Position numbers and translations under genes: made by a program. A DNA stretch of 64,000 nt from Alphaproteobacteria bacterium. Lineage in GTDB: Bacteria; Pseudomonadota; Alphaproteobacteria; UBA828. Within the stretch, counting starts at the first letter, position 1. Every line of letters starts with the position of its first letter. The notes under the pieces were generated by a model. It made no database searches. It was not told the DNA's origin and was given only the letters and a program-made list of their open reading frames with translations. Shown one piece after another: positions 1 through 9,842 of this stretch. Where the stretch lies: positions 1,314,569 through 1,378,568 of the forward strand of contig CBDCGS010000011.1 in assembly GCA_965216915.1 (NCBI GenBank). Direction: 5' to 3'.

Positions 1-263
1 GACGCCGAACACCGGCTCGTCCTCTCCGACGCGGATCACGTAGCGCACGCCGCCATCGTCAACGGTCAGATTGATGTTGCTCAAGCCGCCGCTCAGCAAT
101 GTCGGTTCGACAGCGCCCTGCCAGACCGGCAGCGCCTGCGTGCGCTCGATCGCCTTGGCACCGCGCGCCTCCATGCCACGCACGCCGCCGATCAGGGCAT
201 ACACCTCGTCGTCGGATTTCGGGGTCTCCGCCATGGCTCGCTCCCCTGGGTCCTGTTGCCGGC

Positions 264-2720
264 TCAAGCCTTGACGCGGGAATTGTCGGGGTCATAGAGC
301 GATCGGGTGTGAAGCGTGGCCGGCACGATGCGGGTTGCCACCTCCAGCTCGTAGGTGCCGGATTGCAGGTAGTCATCGCTGACGCCGGCCTCGTTGCGAA
401 CATAGCCGAAGCCGATGCCGCGCCCGATGGTATGGCCGAAGCCCGCCGAGGCGAGCCAGCCGACGCGCTCTCCATCGCGGATGATCGTCTCGCGGCCCCA
501 GAGCTGCACCTCCGGGTCGTCGTCGATGCTCAGCGTGACGAGCTTGCGCGTGAGCGGCCTCTCGCGCTGGCGCTCGAGTGCCTCTTGGCCGATGAAAGAC
601 TGCGGTTTGTCGAAGGCAACCGCGAAGCCGAGGCCCGCTTCCAGCGGCGTGTAGTCCGACCCGATATCGGCGGCCCAAACTCGATAGCCTTTCTCGAGCC
701 GAAGACTGTCGATCGCCCGATAGCCCGCATCGCGCAAGCCCCGCTCAGCACCGGCATCCATCAGCGCGTCGTAAACGGTCACCATGTACTCGGTCGGAAC
801 GTGCAGCTCCCAGCCGAGTTCGCCGACGAAGGTGAGGCGCATCGCGCGCACTGGTGCGCCCGCTATGTAGATCTCGCGCACCGAGCCAAAGGGAAAGCCC
901 TCCGCGCTGACATCGCTTTCGGCCGCCGCGCCAAGGATCTCGCGCGCCTTCGGCCCCATCAGCGCGAGCGTTCCGAAGGCCGATGTGACGTCGACCAAGG
1001 ACGCGTGGGCGTCGTCAGCCATATTGCGCGCGATGTGGTCGAAGTCGTGGGTCGCGAAGCCCGTGCCCGTGACGATGTAGTAGTGGTCGTCTGCGATGCG
1101 CGCGACCGTCAAGTCGCATTCGATGCCACCATGCTGGTTGAGCATTTGCGTGTAAATGAGACGGCCGGGCGGGCGCGCGACGTTTGCGGCGCAGAGCCGC
1201 TGCAACACGGCTTCGGCATCGCGTCCGACCAGCGCGAATTTCGCGAAGGAGGATTGATCGAAGAGCGCCGCCGTCGAGCGGCACGCGGCGTGCTCGGCGC
1301 CGACATGGTCGTGCCAGTTTGGCCGCTCGAAGGACTCGACCTCGACCGGCTCGACGCCGTCCGGCGCGAACCAGTTGGGACGCTCCCAGCCGAATTTCGC
1401 TCCGAAGCATGCCCGTTTCGCCGCGAGGTGGTCGTAGATCGCACTCCGGCGGAGCGGGCGCCCGGCCTTCATCTCCTCGCGTGGCCAGACGACCGTATAG
1501 TGGTGGCCCTGTCCTTCCAGCGAGCGCACCAGCACTTGATTGTCGGAGCGGTGGTAGCCGCCGAAGCGGCGGATATCGAAGCTCCAGAGGTCGTAGGGCG
1601 GCTCGCCGTTCATGATCAGCTCGCCGAGCGCCATGCCGGCGCCGCCGCAGCCGGTCACGCCATAGGCGTTGAAGCCTGCGCTGACGAAGATGTTGCGCAC
1701 TTCGGGCGCCTCGCCCATCACGGGGTTCTGGTCTTCGGTGAAGGCTTCGAGGCCGTTGAACCATGTCTTGATGCCGGCCGTTTTGAGCGCGGGGATCCAC
1801 TCGAGCAGTCCCTCGAGGCGCGGCATGAAGTGGTCCAGATTCTCGGGCATGAGCTTGAACTCATGGTCCCGCGGGATCTGCCCGAGGAAGGGGATTGGGT
1901 CGGGATCATATTGGCCGACGATCAAGCCGCCGACCTCCTCGCGGATGTAGTGCCACAGATCGGGGTCGCGGGTCGTTGGGATGTCTTTCGTCACCCCCTC
2001 GATCGGCTCGGTGACGAAATAGCAATGATGGGACGGCTGGATCGGCACGTTGACGCCGGCTAGGCGTCCGACCTCGCGTGACCAGATGCCACAGCAGATC
2101 ACCGCCTTTTCGCAGCGGATCATGCCGCGCTCGGTGACGACGCCCGCGACGCTGCCGCGCTCGATCTCGAAGCCCGTGACGCCCGTGTCCTCGAACAAGC
2201 GCGCGCCATATTGGCGGGCCCCCTTGGCCAACGCCATGCAGAGATCCGAAGGGCTGAAGGCGCCGTCGGACGGGATGTAGAGCGCGCAATCGACCTTGTC
2301 GATCGTCATCAGCGGGAAGAGATCTTGCGCTTCCTTCGCCGAGATCAATTCCATTTCGACGTTGAACGAGCGCGCGGTGGTAATCGCCCGCTCATATTCG
2401 CGGCGCCGATCCTTGTTGGAGGCGACCCGCATCCCGCCGGTTTGGCGCCAGCCCGTGGCCTGACCGGTTTCGGCCTCGAGCGAGGCGTAGAGATCGGCGC
2501 CATAGGCCATCAGCCGCCCGGCGTTCGGATCGGTGCGAAATTGCGCAAAGGCACCGGCGGCGTGCCACGTCGAACCCGAGGTGAGCTTGGCCTTCTCGAC
2601 GAGAACGACGTCTTTGCACCCGTGTTTGGCGAGGTGATAGGCCGTCGCGCACCCGATCGCGCCGCCTCCGATGATGACGACCTGCGCCTGGTCCGGAACC
2701 GCCTGGTCCATGAGCCTCAC
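264..2720 (-). CDS. Dimethylglycine/sarcosine dehydrogenase-family flavoprotein: N-terminal FAD oxidoreductase domain plus C-terminal GcvT-like folate-binding aminomethyltransferase domain (818 aa)
   Basis: N-terminal Rossmann motif VVIIGGGAIGCATAYHL. The ~810-aa length and the C-terminal block (RLEKGYRVWAADIG...GTYELEVATRIVPATL) are typical of the DMGDH/SarDH family. Confidence 0.85.
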   Translation of the reverse strand: MRLMDQAVPDQAQVVIIGGGAIGCATAYHLAKHGCKDVVLVEKAKLTSGSTWHAAGAFAQFRTDPNAGRLMAYGADLYASLEAETGQATGWRQTGGMRVASNKDRRREYERAITTARSFNVEMELISAKEAQDLFPLMTIDKVDCALYIPSDGAFSPSDLCMALAKGARQYGARLFEDTGVTGFEIERGSVAGVVTERGMIRCEKAVICCGIWSREVGRLAGVNVPIQPSHHCYFVTEPIEGVTKDIPTTRDPDLWHYIREEVGGLIVGQYDPDPIPFLGQIPRDHEFKLMPENLDHFMPRLEGLLEWIPALKTAGIKTWFNGLEAFTEDQNPVMGEAPEVRNIFVSAGFNAYGVTGCGGAGMALGELIMNGEPPYDLWSFDIRRFGGYHRSDNQVLVRSLEGQGHHYTVVWPREEMKAGRPLRRSAIYDHLAAKRACFGAKFGWERPNWFAPDGVEPVEVESFERPNWHDHVGAEHAACRSTAALFDQSSFAKFALVGRDAEAVLQRLCAANVARPPGRLIYTQMLNQHGGIECDLTVARIADDHYYIVTGTGFATHDFDHIARNMADDAHASLVDVTSAFGTLALMGPKAREILGAAAESDVSAEGFPFGSVREIYIAGAPVRAMRLTFVGELGWELHVPTEYMVTVYDALMDAGAERGLRDAGYRAIDSLRLEKGYRVWAADIGSDYTPLEAGLGFAVAFDKPQSFIGQEALERQRERPLTRKLVTLSIDDDPEVQLWGRETIIRDGERVGWLASAGFGHTIGRGIGFGYVRNEAGVSDDYLQSGTYELEVATRIVPATLHTRSLYDPDNSRVKA

Positions 2721-2867
2721 CTCCGAGAAGCGGCAAACGCAAAATCGCCGCGAGCTTATCAGCGCGACCTGGAGATAACGAGCGCGCTGTCATACACGCC
2801 TGTTGAGCCGGCGCGGGCGCTGCGGCGTCCAGGGCCGCCCGGTTTCGCGGCGAGCCCGGCCTCGCTC

Positions 2868-3665
2868 TCAGCGTTCGGTGGTCAGGAGATCCGACCGGAC
2901 GAAGTCGACATGGTCGGTGATGATCTCGATGGCGCGGGCCGTGTCTCGGCGCGCGAGCGCGGCGAGCAGCGCCTCATGCTGCGTGTTGTATTCAGCGATC
3001 CGTTCCGGCGTCAGGATCTTGTCGCGGATCGTGCTCCACTGATCGTGGGTGCGGACGTGGTTCACGCGGCGGCAAATCTCGATCATCAGCGGATTGCGCG
3101 TGGCGCGGGCGAGGCCGAGGTGAAACCGCTCGTCGTGTTTGGAAAAGCGCGCGGGATCGTAGATTGCCGTCGCCATCTCACGGGTTTCGCGCTCGAGCGC
3201 GGCGATATCTCGTGCCGTCGCGTTGCGCACCGCGAGGCGAACGATATGCGGCTCGATCGCGGCCCTCACCTCCGCGAGCTCGAGCGGCGAGGTGATCTCG
3301 GCGACGTCGTCATCCTCGCCGGCGTCCGGCTCGAAGGCCACGAACGTGCCGCTCCCGACCCGGCGCGCCACCAGGCCTTGGGTTTCCAAAGAGCGCAGAG
3401 CCTCGCGCACCGTGCCGCGTGAGGTCGAGAATGTCGCGGCGAGCTCGCGCTCCGTCGGGAGCCTTTGTCCAACCGTCAATCCGCCATCGACAATGCGCCG
3501 CTCGAGCGCGGCCGCGATCGAATCGGCGGTCGAGCTCGCGCGCGCGACGATCGCCTCGGCCTGCTCTTCGGCGAGCGACGCCGTCGGCGCCGGATCATCC
3601 GCTGGGTAACCGCCCCGTTGTCTCATGTACCAATTGTGTGCCAATTCACCCCAATAAGGCAACAA
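2868..3665 (-). CDS. GntR-family transcriptional regulator (FadR/FCD subfamily)
   Basis: HTH signature ...ERELAATFSTSRGTVREALRSLETQGLVARRVGSGTFV followed by a helical FCD-like C-terminal domain. It lies just upstream of the DMGDH-like gene on the same strand. The start is uncertain; an alternative ATG lies at 3626. Confidence 0.8.
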   Translation of the reverse strand: MLPYWGELAHNWYMRQRGGYPADDPAPTASLAEEQAEAIVARASSTADSIAAALERRIVDGGLTVGQRLPTERELAATFSTSRGTVREALRSLETQGLVARRVGSGTFVAFEPDAGEDDDVAEITSPLELAEVRAAIEPHIVRLAVRNATARDIAALERETREMATAIYDPARFSKHDERFHLGLARATRNPLMIEICRRVNHVRTHDQWSTIRDKILTPERIAEYNTQHEALLAALARRDTARAIEIITDHVDFVRSDLLTTER

Positions 3666-3691
3666 AATCCCGTGTCATACGCCAAATTGGC

Positions 3692-3708
3692 TTGACAGAT
3701 ATTGTCAA
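3692..3708. promoter_or_regulatory. Perfect inverted repeat TTGACAgatatTGTCAA in the divergent intergenic region. It is a candidate GntR-type operator and overlaps a -35-like TTGACA hexamer for the plus-strand operon.
   Basis: Read directly from the sequence at 3692-3708. The 6-bp arms are exact reverse complements separated by a 5-bp spacer. A TTATTG -10-like element lies ~17 nt downstream, and the RBS GAGGAG sits at 3731-3736 ahead of the GTG at 3754. Confidence 0.45.
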
Positions 3709-3753
3709 TTCCCGCGTTATTGTCGCAACGAGGAGAACGATGGGAGAGGCGCC

Positions 3754-5097
3754 GTGGCACTTCCGGGCCATGTGAAATACCTCGTCATCGGGGCCGGGAT
3801 TCACGGGCTCAGCACCGCGTACCATTTGGCCGCGTCTCTCAAGGCGCGGGGAATCGGCGATGGCTCCGATATTCTCGTCGTCGACAAGACCGCAATCGCA
3901 GCCGGCGCCTCCGGTATTGCCTGCGGCGTCATCCGCAACAACTACTACCAGCCCGCGATGCGTGAGCTGATGGCGTCCTCCGTGGACATTTGGGAGAGCG
4001 ACCCGGAGGCCTACCACTACCATCCGGTCGGCTACATGCAGATCTCGCATGAGGCGATGCACGACGACGTGGCGCAGATCGCCGAGGAGCAGCGCGCGAT
4101 CGGCTATGAGTCGGTTTTCGTCGAGGGGGCGGACCGGTGCAGCAGCTACATGAAGCAGATCTTCGGTGACTGGCAGGCGGCCGGGATCACCTCAGTGCTG
4201 CACGAGAAGCGCGGTGGCTACGCCAACAACACCGCCTCGATCTACGGTCTCGCGGGAAAGGCAGAAGGAGAGGGCGTGCGCATCCTCACGGGGCTCGAGG
4301 TCACCGGCCTGAAATGCGGCGGCAACTCGCAAGCCGTGACAGCGGTCGAGACCGCCCGCGGCGACATTGAGATCGACCATCTCGTGGTCGCTGCCGGGCC
4401 CTGGGTGCCGCGCATCTGGGACATGCTCGAGCTGCCGCGCCGGATTGATGTGACCGATCCTGCCGGCACGGTGCATCGCGATATCGCCATGTGGCATTTC
4501 TGGTGCCTTGAGGAAGGTACGCTCGGCGTCGAGCCAGACTTCGGCAAGGCCGACAACGGGAACATGCCGCCGGTGATCCATGTCGATTCGGATGCGCCGC
4601 TTCGCTCGGACATCGATGGCCGGGTGCTCACGGAGGAGCCCTGGGGCATCTACTACAAGCCCGATTTCAATTTCGGCGGTATCCAGGGCGGCTCGATGCC
4701 CTACAAGGTGGAAACGTCTGCATCCGACGTCGCGATCGATCCCTACGGGCCCGAGTCGCCCGAGTTCATCGTCGACGATGCGTTCGCGGAGAAGTGGTGC
4801 TCGGCGCTCGCGTTCTGCCAGAAGCGCTACGAGGGCCAAATCGCCAAATGGCGCAAGGAGCCGTCGGGCGGGATCGGTGCCTTTACGGCCGATAGCTTCC
4901 CGGTATTCGATCGCTTTCGCGAGAATTGCTACGTCATCGCCGATTCCAATCACGGCTTCAAAATGATCGCCGTGGGCAAGCTGGTGGCGCAAGAAATCCT
5001 GGGTGAGGCCTCGGCTCTGCTCGAGCCGTTTCGCTTCTCGCGTTTTGCGACCGGCGAGCTGCACCCCACCTCGAACAGCCCGTTCCCCTGGAGCTGA
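3754..5097 (+). CDS. FAD-dependent oxidoreductase (DAO / sarcosine-oxidase-beta-like family), 447 aa
   Basis: N-terminal dinucleotide-binding motif YLVIGAGIHGLSTAYHLA. It has GTG start preceded by GAGGAG. It is the first gene of a plus-strand operon with the GS-like and GltS-like genes. Confidence 0.8.
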   Translation: MALPGHVKYLVIGAGIHGLSTAYHLAASLKARGIGDGSDILVVDKTAIAAGASGIACGVIRNNYYQPAMRELMASSVDIWESDPEAYHYHPVGYMQISHEAMHDDVAQIAEEQRAIGYESVFVEGADRCSSYMKQIFGDWQAAGITSVLHEKRGGYANNTASIYGLAGKAEGEGVRILTGLEVTGLKCGGNSQAVTAVETARGDIEIDHLVVAAGPWVPRIWDMLELPRRIDVTDPAGTVHRDIAMWHFWCLEEGTLGVEPDFGKADNGNMPPVIHVDSDAPLRSDIDGRVLTEEPWGIYYKPDFNFGGIQGGSMPYKVETSASDVAIDPYGPESPEFIVDDAFAEKWCSALAFCQKRYEGQIAKWRKEPSGGIGAFTADSFPVFDRFRENCYVIADSNHGFKMIAVGKLVAQEILGEASALLEPFRFSRFATGELHPTSNSPFPWS

Positions 5098-5144
5098 GCG
5101 GAACGGCGGGAGATCACCGCACCACAACAAGGGATGGCCGAACG

Positions 5145-6614
5145 ATGACCGATCTGGAAGCCCATGTGAGGCAGGAAGGCCGCGACGAGCTGGTCAAGGC
5201 GGTGCGCGCCAAGATCGACGAACTCGGCATCACCTACATCTACTACCAATTCATCTCGGTGACCGGCCGCATCGTCGGCAAAGGCATTCCGGCGGATCAC
5301 TGGGAAGCCATGGCCGAGCGCGGCTTCCAACTCGTTTACGGCTCGACGGCCAATCTCTTCGTCGACCGGCACTCAAACTATATCGGCTACGGGCCCGAGG
5401 CATCGGAGCTCGTCGGGATTCCCGATCCCGAGACCTTCGCCCAGCTCCCGTGGGACAAGCGGGTCGCGCGCGTCTTCTGCACCTGCTTCCGCAACCGCGA
5501 GGAGCCGGAAAACCCCGGCGGACACCTGACCTCGGATTGCCGCGGCAATCTGCGCCTGATCCACGATGAGTTTCAGGCCAAGCACGGCCTCCAGATGCGC
5601 CACGGCGCAGAGCCCGAGATGATGTGGCTCAAGCGTGGCGCCGACGGCAAGGCAGACGGCGGCATCACCAAGCCCAATTGCTATCACATCGATCAGTTCG
5701 AGGAGCTGCGCCCGATCTTCCTGCAGGTCATCGAGTATGCGCAGGCGATGGGGCTCGACATGATCCAGGGCGATCACGAGGATGCGCCCGGCCAGCTCGA
5801 GCTAAACTTCACCTTCGACGACGCGCTCCGCACCTGCGATCGGCTCACTACCTATCGCCAGATTTGCGCTCAGGTCGCCCGCGAGCATGGGGTCATCGCA
5901 TGCTTCATGTCGAAGCCATTCATGGGCGTCTCGGCGAGTGGTTGCCACCACAACATCTCGCTCTGGAAGGGTGGCGAGCAGCAGATCAACGCGCTGCATC
6001 AAGACCCCCTTCCGGGCATGGATGACGTGTTCTCGTACTGGCGCGGCGGCGACAACCTCTTCTTGCCCGATCAGTCTCGCGATCCGCGCAAGCCGGGCCC
6101 GGTCGGCCTCAATTGCATCGGTGGCGTGATGGAGCATCTGCCGGCGCTCACCTCGATCGGCTCCTCGACGGTCAACTCCTACCGGCGCCTATGGGATACC
6201 GGCTTCTGGGCGCCCGTCTTCGCCGATTGGGGCTACCAGAACCGGACGTGCGGGCTTCGGGTGTCGGCACCCGGGCGGTTCGAATATCGCTCGGTCGATT
6301 CGATGGTGAATCCCTATCTGCTGGCCGGTGCGCTCCTGAAGTCGTTCGACGACGGCATCGCGCGCGATCTCGATCCCGGCGAACCGGAGGAGCGCAACAT
6401 CTACGAAGCGATGGACGCCGGCAAGCAGGTCAAGAAGCTCCCCATGTCGCTCGGCGAAGCGCTCGACGCACTTGAGCGCGACGAGGTGATCAAATCGGCG
6501 ATGCCGGACGAGATGTATCGCGTCTTCACGCACTACAAGCGCGACGAGTGGGAGAAGTTCAACGCAACCGTCACCGAGTGGGACGTCGAGACCTATCTCG
6601 ACTGCCTGCCCTAG
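5145..6614 (+). CDS. Glutamine synthetase-family protein; gamma-glutamylmethylamide synthetase (GmaS)-like gamma-glutamyl-amine ligase
   Basis: GS catalytic-domain architecture (489 aa). The genomic context is the canonical GS-like gene followed by a class-II GATase, a GXGXG protein and a GltS FMN protein, as in the N-methylglutamate pathway. Confidence 0.8.
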   Translation: MTDLEAHVRQEGRDELVKAVRAKIDELGITYIYYQFISVTGRIVGKGIPADHWEAMAERGFQLVYGSTANLFVDRHSNYIGYGPEASELVGIPDPETFAQLPWDKRVARVFCTCFRNREEPENPGGHLTSDCRGNLRLIHDEFQAKHGLQMRHGAEPEMMWLKRGADGKADGGITKPNCYHIDQFEELRPIFLQVIEYAQAMGLDMIQGDHEDAPGQLELNFTFDDALRTCDRLTTYRQICAQVAREHGVIACFMSKPFMGVSASGCHHNISLWKGGEQQINALHQDPLPGMDDVFSYWRGGDNLFLPDQSRDPRKPGPVGLNCIGGVMEHLPALTSIGSSTVNSYRRLWDTGFWAPVFADWGYQNRTCGLRVSAPGRFEYRSVDSMVNPYLLAGALLKSFDDGIARDLDPGEPEERNIYEAMDAGKQVKKLPMSLGEALDALERDEVIKSAMPDEMYRVFTHYKRDEWEKFNATVTEWDVETYLDCLP

Positions 6615-6637
6615 AGATCGAGAAGGACGCGACCGAC

Positions 6638-7594
6638 ATGTGTGGGATTGCAGGTCTCATCCACCGTGGATCGAGCGGCGATATTGGCCGCGAGATGACG
6701 GCAATGCTCCAGGCTCTCAGGCACCGTGGACCCGATTCGACCGGGTTTGCGGTTTATGGCCTGCCGGCCGGCGAGGAATTCGTGCTGCGCTTCAAGGTCG
6801 CGGAGCAGGAGGATCTCGCCAAGGGTTTCGACATCCACGACCAGATCCAGACGCGCAAAGCCGCGGTCGACGAGCGCATCCGAAGCATGGGGGGCGAGCT
6901 CGTCGGGCAGGAGGCAGCGACGGAATACGCCTTCCGATACCGCCTCCGCTTTACCGACGGCGCGATGGATCAACACGAGGAGTTCAAGCGCTTCGCGGAC
7001 TTCGTCGAGGATATCGAGGGTGCCGAGATCCTCTCTTTCGGCAAGGCCCTGGAGCTGGTCAAGGACCTCGGCGATGCGACACGCGTCAGCGGGCAGTACG
7101 ACCTCGCGGGCTTCGAGGGAACCCACGCGATCGGCCACACGCGCATGGCGACCGAATCCGATGTCGACATTCGCTCGGCTCATCCTTATTGGGCCTACCC
7201 GTTTTGCGATATCGCGGTCGTGCACAACGGGCAGCTCACCAACTATTGGAAATTCAGGCGCCAGCTTGAGCACCGCGGCCATCGCTTCATGTCGAATTGC
7301 GATTCGGAGCTGATCGCCGTCTACCTCGCCGATCGCATCGCCGAGGGCACGGAGCTCGAAGACGCGATGCACCGGTCCGTCTCCGAGCTGGATGGCGTCT
7401 TCACCTATCTCGTGGCGACCGCCGACAGCCTTGGCATGGCGAAAGACACCATGGCCGCGAAACCCATGGTGCTCTACGAGAGCGACAGCTTCGTCGGGCT
7501 CGCCTCGGAGGAGGTTGCGATCCGGAGCGTGTTCCGCGACGAGATCGAGACTTGGGACCCTTATGAAGGGGAGGTCATGGTATGGCGGAACTAG
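6638..7594 (+). CDS. Class-II glutamine amidotransferase domain protein (N-methylglutamate synthase subunit A-like)
   Basis: Starts MCGIAGLIHRG..., so the Ntn Cys follows the initiator Met. The start was trimmed from the ORF-track start at 6548 to the ATG at 6638. Confidence 0.8.
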   Translation: MCGIAGLIHRGSSGDIGREMTAMLQALRHRGPDSTGFAVYGLPAGEEFVLRFKVAEQEDLAKGFDIHDQIQTRKAAVDERIRSMGGELVGQEAATEYAFRYRLRFTDGAMDQHEEFKRFADFVEDIEGAEILSFGKALELVKDLGDATRVSGQYDLAGFEGTHAIGHTRMATESDVDIRSAHPYWAYPFCDIAVVHNGQLTNYWKFRRQLEHRGHRFMSNCDSELIAVYLADRIAEGTELEDAMHRSVSELDGVFTYLVATADSLGMAKDTMAAKPMVLYESDSFVGLASEEVAIRSVFRDEIETWDPYEGEVMVWRN

Positions 7595-8433
7595 GATCGG
7601 ACGCCCCCCACAAATCCCGTGAAATGGGCATGCATAGCGAGCGGCTCGCGGGCCGCACGCAGCAGGTGTTCTTTTCGCCGGAAGCGAGCGAGAACTTCAC
7701 CTATCCGGAATCCTTCGACGTCGATTTCGACAAGCAGACGGAGCTTGACGCGGGTGAGCTGACACCGATCGAGGTGAACCGGAAGATCCGGCACCTCATG
7801 AAAGAGGGTTACGGCCACATCGTCGTGAAGAACCCGCTCGCCAAACATTCGCTCGGCGTCGGCATCCTCAATCGCCTCAAGCTCGATTTCGAAGGCAGCC
7901 TCGGCTATTTCGGGGTCGGCGAAATCGACGGACCAAACGTGCGCGTGCAGGGCCGCGTCGGGTGGTCCTGCGCCGAGAACATGATGGCCGGCACCGTCGT
8001 CGTGGAGAAGAACGCAGGCTCGACCTTCGGCGCGGCGATGCGCGGCGGCGATCTCGTGTGCAAGGGCGACGTCGGCTCGCGCACCGGCATCGACCTGAAG
8101 GGCGGCACCATCATCGTCGGCGGGCGATCCGGCGCATTCACGGGCTTCATGATGCAGCGTGGCCGCATCGTCGTGCTCGGCGATGTCGGCGCCAATCTCG
8201 GCGATTCACTCTACGACGGCGTCATGTATATCGGCGGCAAGATCGAGTCGCTGGGCGTCGATGCCGTGCCCGGCGAGATGACCGATATCGAGGTCGCCTG
8301 GCTCGAGCGAAAGCTCGCGGCCTACGGGCTCGCCGCACCGAACGGCGCTGCAAACATGCAGAAGATCGTCGCCGGCAAGCAGCTTTGGAATTACGACAAC
8401 CTCGAGCCGACCGAAAAGAAAATCGCGCTTTAG
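7582..8433 (+). CDS. GXGXG-motif protein (glutamate synthase alpha C-terminal domain-like; N-methylglutamate synthase subunit B-like)
   Basis: Glycine-rich beta-helix repeats (GILNRLKLDFEGSLGYFGVGEIDGPNVRVQGRVGWSCAENMMAGTVVV...). It overlaps the upstream stop by 13 nt, which suggests translational coupling. Confidence 0.8.
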   Translation: MAELGSDAPHKSREMGMHSERLAGRTQQVFFSPEASENFTYPESFDVDFDKQTELDAGELTPIEVNRKIRHLMKEGYGHIVVKNPLAKHSLGVGILNRLKLDFEGSLGYFGVGEIDGPNVRVQGRVGWSCAENMMAGTVVVEKNAGSTFGAAMRGGDLVCKGDVGSRTGIDLKGGTIIVGGRSGAFTGFMMQRGRIVVLGDVGANLGDSLYDGVMYIGGKIESLGVDAVPGEMTDIEVAWLERKLAAYGLAAPNGAANMQKIVAGKQLWNYDNLEPTEKKIAL

Positions 8434-8468
8434 GCGCGCTCGCTCGACACGCGATCAGGAATTTCGCC

Positions 8469-9833
8469 ATGGCAACGCGTCCCAAGGATTTACCGAACCG
8501 TCCGGAGCGGAACCGCTACGTGCTCGGCCAGAGCCGCATCTTCACACCGGAGGTGATCGACGACATCCACACGAAGTCGGAGCTCGGCCGCTATCGCATG
8601 CGCGGCTTCTCGATCTTCAAGAACATCCCGACCTTCGACGACCTCACCTTCATGCCGGGCACGCTGACGCGCTTCGTCATCGAGGGCTATCGCGAGAAGT
8701 GCGAGACGAAAACGCTGATCGGGCCGGCGGCCCCGCGCCCGCTCGAGCTCGACATCCCGATCTACATCACCGGCATGAGCTTCGGCGCGCTCTCCTACGA
8801 GGCGAAGACGGCGCTCGCGCGCGGCGCGACCATGGCGGGAACCGCCACATGCTCCGGCGAGGGCGGCATGATCCCCGACGAGCGGCGCTATTCCGAGAAG
8901 TGGCTCTATCAGTGCATCCAGTCGCGCTATGGCTTCAATCCGCACCATCTGCGCCTCGCGGATGGCTGCGAATTCTTCATCGGCCAGGGTTGCAAGGTCG
9001 GCCTTGGCGGGCACCTCATGGGCCAGAAGGTGACCGATCAGGTAGCGGAGATGCGCTCGCTCCCGGCCGGCATCGACCAGCGCTCGCCGGCGCGCCACCC
9101 GGATTGGCTGGGGCCCGACGACCTCGCGCTGAAGATCGACGAGATCCGCGAGGCGACCGACGGGCAAATTCCGATTCAGCTCAAGCTCGGTGCGGCGCGC
9201 GTCTATGACGACGTGCGCATGGCGATCAAGACCAACCCGGACAGCATCTATATCGACGGCATGGAAGGCTCCACCGGCGCGGGCCCGCATCTTGCGACCG
9301 AGGAGACCGGCGTCCCGGGAATCGCCGCGATCCGTCAGGCGCGCAAGGCCTTCGACGACCTTGGGGTGACCGGGCGCATCAGCCTGGTCTATGCCGGTGG
9401 TATCCGAAACGGCGGCGACGTGGCGAAGGCGCTCGCGCTCGGCGCGGACGCCGTGGCGATCGGGCATGCGGCCATGATGGCGCTCAATTGCAACAAGGAC
9501 ATTCCCGAGGCCGATTACGAAAGCGAGATCGGCGTCGAGGCGGGCTATTGCTACCATTGCCACACCGGACGCTGCCCGGTCGGCGTCGCGACGCAGGACC
9601 CTGAGCTGCGTGCGCGGCTCGATCCCGACGAGGCGGCCGAGCGGGTCTACAACTTCCTGCACACGCTTACCCTGGAGTGCCAGATGATGGCGCGCGCGTG
9701 CGGCAAGACCGATGTGCACTCGCTCGAGCCCGAGGATCTTGCCGCGCTCACGATGGAGGCCTCAGCGCTCGCGATGGTGCCGCTCGCGGGAACCCAATAC
9801 ACCGTCGGCCAGCCCGACATGACCCGGTATTAG
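8469..9833 (+). CDS. Glutamate-synthase-domain-2 FMN-binding protein (N-methylglutamate synthase subunit C-like)
   Basis: The GltS FMN-domain motifs are present (ITGMSFGALSYEAKTALARGA...GEGGM...KVGLGGHLMGQKV...YAGGIRNGGDVAKALALGADAV). The start was reassigned to the ATG at 8469 (MATRPKDL), because the earlier part of the ORF-track frame overlaps the previous gene. Confidence 0.8.
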   Translation: MATRPKDLPNRPERNRYVLGQSRIFTPEVIDDIHTKSELGRYRMRGFSIFKNIPTFDDLTFMPGTLTRFVIEGYREKCETKTLIGPAAPRPLELDIPIYITGMSFGALSYEAKTALARGATMAGTATCSGEGGMIPDERRYSEKWLYQCIQSRYGFNPHHLRLADGCEFFIGQGCKVGLGGHLMGQKVTDQVAEMRSLPAGIDQRSPARHPDWLGPDDLALKIDEIREATDGQIPIQLKLGAARVYDDVRMAIKTNPDSIYIDGMEGSTGAGPHLATEETGVPGIAAIRQARKAFDDLGVTGRISLVYAGGIRNGGDVAKALALGADAVAIGHAAMMALNCNKDIPEADYESEIGVEAGYCYHCHTGRCPVGVATQDPELRARLDPDEAAERVYNFLHTLTLECQMMARACGKTDVHSLEPEDLAALTMEASALAMVPLAGTQYTVGQPDMTRY

Positions 9834-9842
9834 GAGGGCGCG

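Noticed and set aside
99-2063. 654-aa plus-strand ORF overlapping the DMGDH-family gene
   Set aside because: Antisense to a well-supported 818-aa flavoprotein gene. It has low-complexity composition.
7962-8468. N-terminal 170-aa extension of the ORF-track frame 7962-9833
   Set aside because: The extension overlaps the GXGXG gene in another frame and is Arg-rich nonsense. The true start is the ATG at 8469 (MATRPKDL), directly after the upstream stop.
8490-9719. 409-aa minus-strand ORF opposite the GltS-FMN (mgsC-like) gene
   Set aside because: Antisense GC-frame artefact. No motifs, no RBS, and a low-complexity R/A/G-rich sequence.
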